DNA of 64,000 bases from Candidatus Magasanikiibacteriota bacterium (GTDB lineage: Bacteria > Patescibacteriota > Patescibacteriia > Magasanikbacterales > UBA922): NCBI GenBank assembly GCA_016207245.1, contig JACQQA010000009.1, forward strand, positions 9,165-73,164, written 5' to 3'. Each line of letters begins with the position of its first letter. The stretch's first letter is position 1. This document shows positions 19,154-28,845 of the stretch, piece after piece. The notes below the pieces were generated by a model. That model did no database searches. It worked only from the letters and a program-made list of their open reading frames with translations, and was not told the origin of the DNA. Made by a program: the position numbers and the translations under genes.

Positions 19154-19284
19154 TCTCTCTGATCTCCTTTCTTTTTTGCGCGACCTCTCCTGATGCACAT
19201 CAGGACTGAGACCACCGCGCAATTCCCTTTTGCTTATCAATTTGGTAATCAGGATGGAGGAAATAACTTTTAAACTAAAAATTT

Positions 19285-19950
19285 ATGCTGTACAAAAATA
19301 TCAGTGTGGAAAAAATTTTTCATGCCGGAATAAAAATCAAAAATAATTCTACTGTCATTTATGTTGACCCGCTCAATCTGCCGACTGATTCTGAATCTGC
19401 TGATTTTGTTTTAATCACACATGAACATTTAGACCACCTCAGTCCAAACGATATCAAAAAAATTTCCGGTAAAAATACAGTCATAATTACAACCCCGCTC
19501 TGTGCGAAAAAAATATCTGGAATTGAAAATAAACAAATTTTACATACTAAACCTGGAAAAATTTTTGATTTTGGCAATCTAAAAATATCCGCTGTTCCAG
19601 CCTATAACACCAACAAATTCCGCTCCCCAGGCGTTCCTTTTCATCCAAAAGAACACGGCGGAGTTGGTTTTGTTTTGGGGATTGACGGTGTAAAAATTTA
19701 TCACGCGGGCGACACTGATGTTGTTCCTGAAATGAGTGATTTAAAAGATGTTGATGTCGCGCTTCTGCCTGTTTCCGGGATCTTTGTTATGACACCGGAA
19801 GAAGCGGCCGAAGCCGCTGGAACTATCAAGCCCGCTCTTGCCATACCCATCCACTATGGCGATTTTGAATTTAACGGCCAAATAGTCGGCGCTAAAGAAA
19901 ACGGCGCCAAATTCAAATCTCTCTGTAATTTTCCAACAAGTATTGTATAG
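19285..19950 (+). CDS. MBL-fold metallo-hydrolase
   Basis: ITHEHLDHL (HxHxDH) motif. Confidence 0.85.
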   Translation: MLYKNISVEKIFHAGIKIKNNSTVIYVDPLNLPTDSESADFVLITHEHLDHLSPNDIKKISGKNTVIITTPLCAKKISGIENKQILHTKPGKIFDFGNLKISAVPAYNTNKFRSPGVPFHPKEHGGVGFVLGIDGVKIYHAGDTDVVPEMSDLKDVDVALLPVSGIFVMTPEEAAEAAGTIKPALAIPIHYGDFEFNGQIVGAKENGAKFKSLCNFPTSIV

Positions 19951-21439
19951 CTATATGAAATGGGAAAAATTCGTCGGGGCCGGCATTCGTTTACCCTACT
20001 ATATGCACTTGTATATGTTAGGTAAATTGATCGACGCTCCGAAGGTCGGCGGGTGGAAACACAGCCCTTGGTTGCTACAGGTTGAAAAACAATTATCAAC
20101 CATATATTTTAATCCTGATGAAATTGAGTTGGCCGCCCAGTGGTTTAAAGATAATATCCACGATGCCAAATTTTTGGAAAACTTTCTAAGCGCTATCCAT
20201 CAAATTGAAAATCGGCTTTTGGTATTTTCCCAGCGGTTGCTTTTCGTCAACTTCAAAAAGGCAAGCGACCAAAAACTAATTGATATTTTAAATTACTTCT
20301 CCCTGTTATTCCGGATAAAATTCGGAGTCTATGGCTTTCCCAAAATTATTGACGCGGCTTTTACCGGTCTGCTCACAGAGATTCTCGCTGTCGTTCCTGC
20401 CAAAAAAGACTACGCATTGCTGGTGGAGAATCTTGAGCTTAGCGAGTACCAAAAAGAGCGGCTTTCGCACTTAAAAATAGTTAAAAAAATTATCGACGAG
20501 AATCTCCGGCCGCTATTTGAAGAAACCTCTCAAGAAATAATAGAAAAGACCGGACGTTTCCACCCGGGACTTTACCACCAATTGGAAAAACACACACAAA
20601 ATTTCGCGTGGCTCACCACCGGCCACCATGTACAGCCAATGAATATTGATCGGACAATTTTATCAATCAAAAATTCTTTGAGAGACAGCGCGGCGCTGGT
20701 TGAATTGGATAATTTATTGGAACGAAATGAAAAAATAATTTCCGCGCACAATCAACTGATTAAAAAATATCAATTCGGCGCGAAAGATTTAAAAATCATT
20801 GAATTCTTGCGCCAAATCAATCATTATAGCGAAACGCGAAAGGCCGGAATGAGCAAGGCGGTTTTATGGTCTTATCCATTGTTTCAAGAAATCGCCGAAC
20901 GTTTAAACACAGATATCGTTTCCTTGCGCCAACTCACGGTCAAACAAATCACCGCGTCGCTCCGCGCTGGCAGTATCAACCCAAAACATCAGACAATAAT
21001 TAAAAAAAGGCTGGAATATTATTTGTGCCTATTGCATCAAAATAAAATTTATGAACTAAACGGCGATGAAGCAAAAAAGTATTTTGAACAGCGGTTCTCA
21101 TCTGTCAACCAAGATATTAAAGAGTTAAAAGGGGTCGTAGCCCATCCTGGCAAAGCTGCTGGCAAAGCCAGATTAATATTAATTGAACATCAGGTGGAAA
21201 AACTGCAAGAAGGAGAAATCTTAATTTCTTCCATGACTGACCCGCAAATGCTGCCGGCCATGAAAAAAGCCGCGGCGATTGTTACTGACGAAGGCGGCAC
21301 CCTCTGCCATGCCGCGATCGTCGCCCGCGAACTGAAAAAACCCTGCCTCATTGCCACAAAAATCGCCACCAAGGTTTTCCATGATGGCGATTTGATTGAG
21401 GTGGACGCGGATGCTGGAGTGGTAAAAAAACTGAGTTAA
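19943..21439 (+). CDS. Protein with a C-terminal PEP-utilising-enzyme mobile (swivel His) domain and an N-terminal helical region of unknown function
   Basis: C-terminus GGTLCHAAIVARELKKPCLIATK...GDLIEVDADAGVV. Overlaps the MBL gene by 8 nt. Confidence 0.7.
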   Translation: MYSYMKWEKFVGAGIRLPYYMHLYMLGKLIDAPKVGGWKHSPWLLQVEKQLSTIYFNPDEIELAAQWFKDNIHDAKFLENFLSAIHQIENRLLVFSQRLLFVNFKKASDQKLIDILNYFSLLFRIKFGVYGFPKIIDAAFTGLLTEILAVVPAKKDYALLVENLELSEYQKERLSHLKIVKKIIDENLRPLFEETSQEIIEKTGRFHPGLYHQLEKHTQNFAWLTTGHHVQPMNIDRTILSIKNSLRDSAALVELDNLLERNEKIISAHNQLIKKYQFGAKDLKIIEFLRQINHYSETRKAGMSKAVLWSYPLFQEIAERLNTDIVSLRQLTVKQITASLRAGSINPKHQTIIKKRLEYYLCLLHQNKIYELNGDEAKKYFEQRFSSVNQDIKELKGVVAHPGKAAGKARLILIEHQVEKLQEGEILISSMTDPQMLPAMKKAAAIVTDEGGTLCHAAIVARELKKPCLIATKIATKVFHDGDLIEVDADAGVVKKLS

Positions 21440-21513
21440 AAACGCTTCGCTATTATTATTGACACCCGCCAAAAAACACGATATACTCTACTCGTAGAAA
21501 CAATAACAATAAT

Positions 21514-21927
21514 ATGACGATAAACATTAAAAAATTATTTAACTACTGGCTGTCAGACGCAGAGGAAAGCTGGAGCGTGGCGGAGTCCTTAATGGAAAAA
21601 AATAAATACCCTGAAGCGTTATTTTTTGGACATCTGGCGCTAGAAAAAACACTGAAAGCGATAGTTGTCGCCAAACACAATGCTCACGCTCCGCCTATAC
21701 ATAATTTATTAGAATTGTGCAAAAAAACCGATATCGTCCTAGATAATAGACTCGTTGCGGAATTGCGCTTGTTCAGCGGCTTCTACATGGCCGGAAGATA
21801 CGATGAAGAAAAAATGGACTTCCGCAAAAAATGCACGAAAAAATTCAGCGAGGAAAATTTGAAAAAGATAAAAAAGTGTTATCTATGGCTAAAAGACGAA
21901 GCAAAAAAAATCTCCCGCTTGCTGTAA
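21514..21927 (+). CDS. HEPN domain protein (TA toxin-like)
   Basis: HEPN-like helices and a MAGRYDEE (R-x4-6-H-like) region. Paired with a nucleotidyltransferase. Confidence 0.7.
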   Translation: MTINIKKLFNYWLSDAEESWSVAESLMEKNKYPEALFFGHLALEKTLKAIVVAKHNAHAPPIHNLLELCKKTDIVLDNRLVAELRLFSGFYMAGRYDEEKMDFRKKCTKKFSEENLKKIKKCYLWLKDEAKKISRLL

Positions 21928-22220
21928 GCTCTTACATCTGGGGATACTTGACGATGCTGGAGAAGCAGGGCGTTCCGATCAAAAACGCCTATCTTTTTGG
22001 TTCGTGGGCAAAAGGCGCGCAACACAAAGATAGCGATATTGATCTGGCGATTGTTTCGTCCGCGTTTACTACCTGGTCTAAAAAAACAGAAAAATTAAGC
22101 CGAGCCATGCGAATGGACTTTAGTTTAATTGAATCGCACGGATTCCATCCCAAACAATTTGATCCTGAAATAAATCCCGTAGCGCACGAAATATTAAAAT
22201 ACGGAATAAAAATAATATAG
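21885..22220 (+). CDS. Minimal nucleotidyltransferase (MNT) domain protein
   Basis: YLFGSWAKGAQHKDSDIDLAIVS (GS...DxD). Start chosen at MAKRRSKK; 43-nt overlap with HEPN. Confidence 0.7.
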   Translation: MAKRRSKKNLPLAVSSYIWGYLTMLEKQGVPIKNAYLFGSWAKGAQHKDSDIDLAIVSSAFTTWSKKTEKLSRAMRMDFSLIESHGFHPKQFDPEINPVAHEILKYGIKII

Positions 22221-22302
22221 TATAAAAATACCCCGACAAACTGCCGGGGATATTTTTTTGTTGCCGCTTGCAAATCGTTGGTTGTTAGTTGCTAATTTTT
22301 AA

Positions 22303-22827
22303 TTATTCCACAATTATCGCTCCAAACTCGCTCGGGTTCAGATGATTGTGATACTTCCAATTGCCGACAATATTAAATTGAAATAACCAGCTACTGCCCG
22401 GCTGGATGTTTTGACAGGCATCAAAAGTACTACCGATGCATCCGCCGGTGGTCGGATAGACGGCATGGGTCGGATGCATAGCCGATGCCGGCCACATTGA
22501 TTCCGCGCTTTGATTTTTGAAAATAACCGTTTCTCCTTTTTTAATTTTTAACATCGCCGGCGAAAAACCTGAACCAGTGTAAGTTATTGTTTTTTTCTCA
22601 ACGACTGGAATGACTGTCGCTTCCGCTTCCACCGCCAGTTGGGCGATTGATGGTTGAGCCAACACTTCCACGGCGGACGCTTCAGAAACCGGCGATGATT
22701 CAGCTGTTGCCTGTTGATTTACAGCCGGGACAGCCGATGATGCCGGCTGGCTCTTTTCCCGAAAAATAAAATATCCGCCCAGCGCCACAACGACGATAAC
22801 AGCGGCGGTAATGGCTATTTTGTTCAT
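22303..22827 (-). CDS. Secreted or anchored cupredoxin-fold-like protein (uncertain)
   Basis: N-terminal TM, then LKIKKGETVIFKNQS...MHPTH...C..C...WKYHNHLNP, a His/Cys/Met ligand-like pattern. Confidence 0.45.
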   Translation of the reverse strand: MNKIAITAAVIVVVALGGYFIFREKSQPASSAVPAVNQQATAESSPVSEASAVEVLAQPSIAQLAVEAEATVIPVVEKKTITYTGSGFSPAMLKIKKGETVIFKNQSAESMWPASAMHPTHAVYPTTGGCIGSTFDACQNIQPGSSWLFQFNIVGNWKYHNHLNPSEFGAIIVE

Positions 22828-22853
22828 ATGACTATAAATTAAAAATAAAAGAA

Positions 22854-23234
22854 TTATTTTTTAAAAAAACCAATCCGATTAATGATTGATTGCGGCAGAG
22901 AATCAAGAAACAGCGCCAATGTACCGGCCAAAAGCCCGATATCCCGCACGGTTATATCGCTAATACCGCTCACCGTGAGCACAATAATCAGATGAACAGC
23001 GCCAATAAACGCCGCGAGCCAGGTAAAAATATCCACTAACAAAAATACGCCGATGACAATGTCCAAAATTGCCGTGCCGATCATGGCCTGCTCAATTGGA
23101 ACCAGCAAAAGCCTATCCGCCCATGGCTGAATATACCCGCCCCAGGTCTCCGGATTTTTCAAAATCAAAACCCCAATCCACAAAAACGTAATCGCCAATC
23201 CGACTCGTAAAATATGAAAGCTGATTTTTTTCAT
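22854..23234 (-). CDS. DoxX-like small membrane protein
   Basis: Start at MKKISFHILRVGLAITFLWIGVLILK, 4 TM helices. Confidence 0.5.
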   Translation of the reverse strand: MKKISFHILRVGLAITFLWIGVLILKNPETWGGYIQPWADRLLLVPIEQAMIGTAILDIVIGVFLLVDIFTWLAAFIGAVHLIIVLTVSGISDITVRDIGLLAGTLALFLDSLPQSIINRIGFFKK

Positions 23235-23635
23235 ATAGAAATTAAAATTATTACTCCCATCAACCACACGGTAAAAGCTGACATCAAACACCAAAAGCAC
23301 CATGCTTTAATTACTTTCCATTGCAGATAAGTAAAGACTAGCGACAAAAGCGACCCAACCGCGATTGCAAATTTAAAAATAAAATCCCAGAACGCGAGCG
23401 GCGCAACGCCGATTACCAAAAATCCGGAGATAAACAAAGCCGTGAAGTAGAATAGCAAACCCAAAATATCATTATGAATGCCGAAAATTTTGCTGTATTT
23501 GCTCTCTAAAACCAAATTACAACTGCCGCCAATCAAACAAACCGGTTTTTCCGCGGACACTCTTTTGCGAATAAGATAAACCGTTTCGCTGGCGCCAATG
23601 GCAGCCAAAGTGAAAAGCAAAGCGTAAACCGTCAT
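23231..23635 (-). CDS. Vitamin K epoxide reductase (VKOR) family protein
   Basis: CLIGGSC loop cysteines and a CFWC (CxxC) in the last TM helix. Start at MTVYALLF, just after the DoxX stop. Confidence 0.75.
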   Translation of the reverse strand: MTVYALLFTLAAIGASETVYLIRKRVSAEKPVCLIGGSCNLVLESKYSKIFGIHNDILGLLFYFTALFISGFLVIGVAPLAFWDFIFKFAIAVGSLLSLVFTYLQWKVIKAWCFWCLMSAFTVWLMGVIILISI

Positions 23636-23636
23636 A

Positions 23637-24020
23637 TTATTGAAGCCCGATTGTCCCTCCGCCGCCAAACAGAATGACTATGCTCGCGGCCAACAAAATC
23701 AAATCAAACTCCCAGCCGTTCTTATCCATCGCGCTAAATGGAATATGCCACTTCACGGTCTTCATCCAAATTGCGCCGATCATCACAATTGCCAGAAGAA
23801 ACGCGGCGAGCTGAATGTAGACACCGAATATCAATCCGACTGACGATAAAAACTCCGCCGCGCCGAGGACAAGCACCGCCCCTGCCGGCATCCCCATTCC
23901 CTGCGCCATGCCTTTCGCGTTCTTAAATTTCGGCAGAGCGTGATAAATAAAAATTATCGCCACCACTAAACGGAGAATGAAAAACCCGATGTCGTTGTAT
24001 TGTGTTAATTGCGCGAACAT
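23637..24020 (-). CDS. DoxX family membrane protein
   Basis: LRLVVAIIFIYHALPKF and overall DoxX topology. Confidence 0.75.
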   Translation of the reverse strand: MFAQLTQYNDIGFFILRLVVAIIFIYHALPKFKNAKGMAQGMGMPAGAVLVLGAAEFLSSVGLIFGVYIQLAAFLLAIVMIGAIWMKTVKWHIPFSAMDKNGWEFDLILLAASIVILFGGGGTIGLQ

Positions 24021-24121
24021 AGTTTTATGGATTAATTAATAAATTTGAACTACGGCCTTTTAGCCTTTCTTTTTATAGTATACCGGATTAGTCTGACTTG
24101 CGCAATAATTTTTTCAGCTTG

Positions 24122-24898
24122 TCAATGCTTTGAAACGTACTTCTTTCCTTGCTTCCAAAGATACTCAAAATGAGTGCGGTAGCTGGTGGCGATAGCTTTG
24201 TTCCAAATCTGGATAATGACTGTTTCCGCGTCGTAAATTTCAATCGTAGCCAGTTCCGGAGTAATACGCGTCTGGGTCAAACTGGAAAAATCCGGCGGCA
24301 TGATTTTTAAAATAGTATTTTTTTCCCGCGCGAAATTATCTTTAAACTCGGTGGCGGTATTTTCCGGAGAAATCTGCCATTTACTCACTTTCTTGCGCGT
24401 CAGCAACTCAACATAGTTGGGATACCAATCGCCGATAACCCGATAAAAATCTTTCGCCGCCGCGCCGCCGATCACTCGCATCACGTGGTCATAACGGGCG
24501 GCTGATTCAACCACATCCTGCAAGTTGTCAATAAATCCCTCATGTCCATACAAAATTTTGACCTGCAAACGGTCACTTCCTGTCTTCTGCAATTCTTTCA
24601 ACCGAGGTATCAGCGCTTGCGCGACATTTTCCATCTTGCGCACACTGTCTAACAAACCGGAGGGCGCGGAAGCTTGAAAATGCTTGCGTCCTCGCTTGAA
24701 AATAAAGCTAGTTAAATTGCGGGCCAACAAACTTTCTAACGCTTGATAAACTAGCTGGCCATGCAAACCGGTTTTTTTGATAATTGGACCGGTGGTGGTC
24801 AGTCCCAAACCCAGCAGCGCGCCATACACCACCGCCTCGTTGGCCGATAAACCAACGACCTGTAATTGTGACAACAAAGTGGATGAAATTTTAGTCAT
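24122..24898 (-). CDS. TrmB-family transcriptional regulator (paralog 2)
   Basis: GLSANEAVVYGALLGLGLTTTGPIIKKTGLHGQLVYQALESL. Confidence 0.75.
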   Translation of the reverse strand: MTKISSTLLSQLQVVGLSANEAVVYGALLGLGLTTTGPIIKKTGLHGQLVYQALESLLARNLTSFIFKRGRKHFQASAPSGLLDSVRKMENVAQALIPRLKELQKTGSDRLQVKILYGHEGFIDNLQDVVESAARYDHVMRVIGGAAAKDFYRVIGDWYPNYVELLTRKKVSKWQISPENTATEFKDNFAREKNTILKIMPPDFSSLTQTRITPELATIEIYDAETVIIQIWNKAIATSYRTHFEYLWKQGKKYVSKH

Positions 24899-24971
24899 AG
24901 ATTAAATTTTAAAGCCCAAAACTATTATACCGCCCCAAAATTACCCTGTCAATAACTATCATCAAAAATTG

Positions 24972-25000
24972 TTGACAAAATTTAAATGGTGTGCTATACT
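24972..25000 (+). promoter_or_regulatory. Promoter TTGACA-N17-TATACT
   Basis: Counted by hand, upstream of yjbQ. Confidence 0.6.
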
Positions 25001-25024
25001 ACGGAATAATCCTTAAATGACCAT

Positions 25025-25465
25025 ATGAAAACAGCCAATACGACCACAGTCATCGCGACCGCGCAAAAAATCCAGACGATAGATATTACCCAACAAGTAA
25101 CTTCGGTCGTGTACCACAGTGGAGTTAAAAACGGCTTGGCTTCGGTTTTCTGCCGCCATACTACCGCCGCGGTGATAATCAACGAGTGCGAACCCGGACT
25201 TAGTCAGCATGATATACCAAAAATACTGGAACAGCTTGTTTCCGCCGGCCAATACCGGCATGATAAAACCGCGGCTGGCCACACCATGGTGGGAGAAAGA
25301 GAAAATGGCCGCGCCCATCTTCAATCAATAATTTTATCAACCAACCAAACTGTACCGATAAAAGACGGGGAGTTAGCGTTGGGCAAATGGCAAAATATCA
25401 TTTTTGTGGAGTTAGACGGCCCGCGCCCGCAAAGAGAAATTATGATCCAAATTATTGGGGAATAA
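25025..25465 (+). CDS. yjbQ: YjbQ/UPF0047 family (secondary thiamine-phosphate synthase) protein
   Basis: IDITQQV...GLASVFCRHTTAAVIINE is typical of UPF0047. Confidence 0.8.
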   Translation: MKTANTTTVIATAQKIQTIDITQQVTSVVYHSGVKNGLASVFCRHTTAAVIINECEPGLSQHDIPKILEQLVSAGQYRHDKTAAGHTMVGERENGRAHLQSIILSTNQTVPIKDGELALGKWQNIIFVELDGPRPQREIMIQIIGE

Positions 25466-25466
25466 T

Positions 25467-25835
25467 ATGAAACTGATTAAAAAAGAAAATTTAGCTTGGT
25501 TTGACCGCTTCACCTACCGCAAGGCGGTACCATTCATGGAAAAAGATTTTAATCAGCCGGGAACGCAATTTCAAATCGTGTGCTTCCCGTCTCACTCTTC
25601 CATCGGCGAACACTGGCACAAAAAAACCCGTGAATTATTTTTTGTGGAATCAGGACGCGGCACGGCTGTTATTAATGCGGAAAACATAGATCTGACGCCT
25701 GGCGATATATTACTGTGCGAGCCGGGCGACCATCACGCGTTCAGCAACACAAGCAACGAAGACCTGGTACTGTTGGATTTTAAAATCAACGCGCGGGAAG
25801 ATGACATTTTCTGGCAAACCCAATCGATCAATTGA
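25467..25835 (+). CDS. Cupin domain protein
   Basis: HSSIGEHWHKKTRELFFV...GDHHAF cupin motifs. Confidence 0.75.
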   Translation: MKLIKKENLAWFDRFTYRKAVPFMEKDFNQPGTQFQIVCFPSHSSIGEHWHKKTRELFFVESGRGTAVINAENIDLTPGDILLCEPGDHHAFSNTSNEDLVLLDFKINAREDDIFWQTQSIN

Positions 25836-25888
25836 CTAATTATGATAAAAACAAAATCTAGTACCGGCTAAATTTATCATCCACTGAA

Positions 25889-26158
25889 TTAATTATACGC
25901 TTCCCGCCGATGGCGAACCACCAAAATCACCAAAATTATTATTCGTCCTTTTTCAGCAAGATCAAAAATGACTCGATAGTCGCCAATACGAAAACGATAC
26001 TGCCCGCCGGAGAAATTTGTAAGTTTTTTGGCGTAATACAAGGGATTATTTTGTCGGCAATAAAAATCAACTTTATCCAAAATTCTTTGCGCTGTCATTT
26101 TTTCTATTCTTTGTAAATCTTCGGCGGCTTGTGTCGTGTAATGCGGAAAAAAGTTCAT
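25889..26158 (-). CDS. RelE/ParE-family type II toxin
   Basis: YRFRIGDYRVIFDL motif, 89 aa, 3 nt downstream of the antitoxin gene. Confidence 0.75.
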   Translation of the reverse strand: MNFFPHYTTQAAEDLQRIEKMTAQRILDKVDFYCRQNNPLYYAKKLTNFSGGQYRFRIGDYRVIFDLAEKGRIIILVILVVRHRREAYN

Positions 26159-26161
26159 ATT

Positions 26162-26413
26162 TTAATCAATCCCCAGCTGTTTTCTCATTTCTTCCGCCGT
26201 ATAATATCTCCCTTGTTTATAATCCTCGCGCGCTTTGGCAATGTCAGCATATAACTTTTCCAGGGTGGCATTTTTGCCTCTAATCGGCCTGACTTCAAAA
26301 ATCGGTTGATTGCGATTCATGATCAAAAATCGCCAATCATTTCTGATAGATTTACGGTAATAAGAAGCGATGTTTTGGCGGAACTCCCTCACGCCGATAA
26401 GTTTGGTAACCAT
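26162..26413 (-). CDS. Type II antitoxin (Phd/YefM-like)
   Basis: 83 aa, position upstream of the RelE-like gene, sequence GVREFRQNIASY... Confidence 0.65.
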   Translation of the reverse strand: MVTKLIGVREFRQNIASYYRKSIRNDWRFLIMNRNQPIFEVRPIRGKNATLEKLYADIAKAREDYKQGRYYTAEEMRKQLGID

Positions 26414-26597
26414 AAATTTTTATAATTATGTTAGAGCCTGCCCTGAGCCATAAGCTTGTCGAATGGCCGAAGGGTGTATCTTAAGTGTACACCATATTAA
26501 AATATGTGTCAACAAAACACCCCCGCGTTCGGAGGTGTTTCAATTTCAATTACCACAATCTGCGATCTGTGTTATCTGTGTCGCCAATATCTGTGGT

Positions 26598-28589
26598 TTA
26601 TTTCAACAATCCAACAATCAACAGCGCCACTATGTTCGCCACTTTTATCATCGGATTTACCGCCGGACCGGCAGTGTCTTTGTACGGGTCGCCGACTGTG
26701 TCGCCGGTAACCGCGGCTTGATGCGCGAACGAACCTTTGCCGCCGTAATTTCCGCTTTCAATATATTTCTTCGCGTTGTCCCACGCTCCGCCGCCGGCGG
26801 TCATGGAAATCGCGACAAATAAACCGGTAATAATCGTACCCACCAACAAACCGCCCAAGGCCGCGGCGCCCAAAAATAATCCGACCAAAATCGGCGCGAG
26901 AACCGGAATCAGCGCCGGCAAAACCATTTGTCCGATCGCGCCTTTGGTAACAATATCAACGCATTTCGCGTAATCCGGTTTGCCATGTCCATCCATAATT
27001 CCGGCAATTTCTTTAAACTGCGTCCGCACTTCTTCCACCACTTTGCCGGCGACTTTACCGACCGACTGCATTAAAAGCGAACCGAATAAATACGGTAATA
27101 ACCCGCCGATAAATAATCCGGCCAAAACCAACGGGTCATCAATTTTAAACACTGAAGAAATCCCGCGCTCAACCAATTTATGAGTAAAGTCCGCGAATAA
27201 AACCAGCGCGGCTAAACCGGCGGAAGCAATCGCGTAGCCTTTTGTTACCGCTTTGGTCGTATTGCCAACCGCGTCCAATGGATCGGTGACTGAACGAACT
27301 TCTTCGCCCAACTCCGCCATTTCGGCGATGCCGCCGGCGTTATCCGTAATCGGGCCATACGCGTCAATCGTTACGATTATTCCAGCAAGTGAAAGCATTG
27401 CCATCGCCGCGATCGCCACACCATAAAGTCCGGCCAAGTTAAACGCGGCCAGTACTGCCGCCACAATAAAAATTACCGGCAGCGCCGTCGCTTTCATTGA
27501 TACTGCAAGGCCGGTAATAACATTCGTCCCATGTCCGGTTTCCGACGCTTTGGCAATTGATTTAACCGGCCCGTATTTTGTTGAGGTGTAATATTCGGTT
27601 ATCCAAACCATTAGTCCGGTTAAAATTAAACCGGCTAACGCGCTTCCCAATAATTGTTTAACTGATAATCCCAAATCTCCAGCATAAGCGCGGGAGGCGA
27701 AATAAAAACCGATTAAGGCCAATACCCCCGCGGCCGCCAGTCCTTTGTACAATGCGGCCATAATTTTTTTCTTTTTGCCAAGCTTGATAAAAAATGTGCC
27801 GATGATAGAAGCGATAATTGAAATCCCGCCCAAAATCAATGGAAACATAATCGCTGATTCATTGCCTTTGAAAGTCAGCGCGCCCAGCACCATTGCCGCG
27901 ACCGCTGTCACGGCGTAAGTTTCAAACAAATCCGCGGCCATGCCGGCGCAATCACCCACATTATCGCCGACATTATCGGCAATCACTGCCGGATTTCTCG
28001 GATCGTCTTCAGGAATGCCTTTTTCAACCTTACCAACCAAATCAGCGCCCACATCAGCGGCTTTGGTAAAAATCCCGCCGCCAATTCTGGCAAAAATAGA
28101 GATTAAACTTCCACCGAAGGCTAAACCGATCAAAGAATTGATGTCTTTAAAAATTAAATAAAAACCGCCGACACCCAAAAGCCCCAAACCAACCACCAAC
28201 AAACCGGTAATTGACCCGCCTTTAACCGCCACATCAAGCGCCTGCTTCAGGCCTTTTTTAGCGGCTTCGGTTGTCCTGACATTGGCTTTAACGGAAACGC
28301 GCATGCCCAAATAACCGGCCAAACCGGAAAACGCGGCGCCGATCAAGAACCCTAAACCGGTCTTCCAGCCCAAAAACCACCATAATACCGCAAAAAATAC
28401 CACCGCGACCAGCGCGATTGTGCTAAACTGACGTTTTAAATACGCTTTCGCGCCATCTTCAATCGCCCGCGCGATCGCTTGCATCCTGTCCGTGCCAGCC
28501 GGCAACTTATTGATTAAAAAAATAAGCGTGATTCCGTAAATAATCGCCGCCACTGCCGGTATGAGGACTAAAAGCCATGTTCCTAACAT
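26598..28589 (-). CDS. hppA: Membrane-bound pyrophosphate-energised ion pump
   Basis: 663 aa polytopic with [18 protein letters not shown] and DPYKDTAGP motifs. Confidence 0.97.
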   Translation of the reverse strand: MLGTWLLVLIPAVAAIIYGITLIFLINKLPAGTDRMQAIARAIEDGAKAYLKRQFSTIALVAVVFFAVLWWFLGWKTGLGFLIGAAFSGLAGYLGMRVSVKANVRTTEAAKKGLKQALDVAVKGGSITGLLVVGLGLLGVGGFYLIFKDINSLIGLAFGGSLISIFARIGGGIFTKAADVGADLVGKVEKGIPEDDPRNPAVIADNVGDNVGDCAGMAADLFETYAVTAVAAMVLGALTFKGNESAIMFPLILGGISIIASIIGTFFIKLGKKKKIMAALYKGLAAAGVLALIGFYFASRAYAGDLGLSVKQLLGSALAGLILTGLMVWITEYYTSTKYGPVKSIAKASETGHGTNVITGLAVSMKATALPVIFIVAAVLAAFNLAGLYGVAIAAMAMLSLAGIIVTIDAYGPITDNAGGIAEMAELGEEVRSVTDPLDAVGNTTKAVTKGYAIASAGLAALVLFADFTHKLVERGISSVFKIDDPLVLAGLFIGGLLPYLFGSLLMQSVGKVAGKVVEEVRTQFKEIAGIMDGHGKPDYAKCVDIVTKGAIGQMVLPALIPVLAPILVGLFLGAAALGGLLVGTIITGLFVAISMTAGGGAWDNAKKYIESGNYGGKGSFAHQAAVTGDTVGDPYKDTAGPAVNPMIKVANIVALLIVGLLK

Positions 28590-28627
28590 AATGTGTGATT
28601 AAGAGTTAATTGATTTAGATGCGGTTA

Positions 28628-28656
28628 ATTATAGGAAAACTGAAGGGAAAAGTCAA
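28628..28656 (-). promoter_or_regulatory. Promoter TTGACT-N17-TATAAT for hppA
   Basis: Counted by hand. Confidence 0.6.
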
Positions 28657-28686
28657 GATATGCCGCCTTTTTAAAAATAAACTGAC

Positions 28687-28729
28687 ATGTGGATAATGTC
28701 CTTGACAAATACAAAATTTTGTAGTATAG
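28687..28729 (+). promoter_or_regulatory. Perfect DnaA-box 9-mer (TGTGGATAA) plus promoter TTGACA-N17-TATAGT
   Basis: Box at 28687-28695, -35 at 28701-28706, -10 at 28724-28729. Confidence 0.55.
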
Positions 28730-28735
28730 TGATAG

Positions 28736-28819
28736 TAATCTGATGTGTTGCTTGGACACCACAAGCCGCACCCGAAAACAGAGTATCACAATAAGAGTCT
28801 TTGTAAAAGGACTCTTTTT
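28736..28819 (+). ncRNA. Candidate ~85-nt small RNA (promoter to terminator unit) upstream of tRNA-Ile
   Basis: No ORF. Hairpin GCTTG-GACACCA-CAAGC, then terminator AAGAGTC...GACTCTT + TTTT at 28793-28819. Confidence 0.35.
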
Positions 28820-28845
28820 GTTGTATAATTTGGCGCGGACCCGGA

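Noticed and set aside
17582-19260. Integron-type gene cassettes with attC sites, suggested by small promoter-proximal ORFs followed by imperfect nested hairpins.
   Set aside because: The islands are dispersed among housekeeping genes rather than arrayed. Each has its own promoter. No intI, attI or GTTRRRY core sites were seen.
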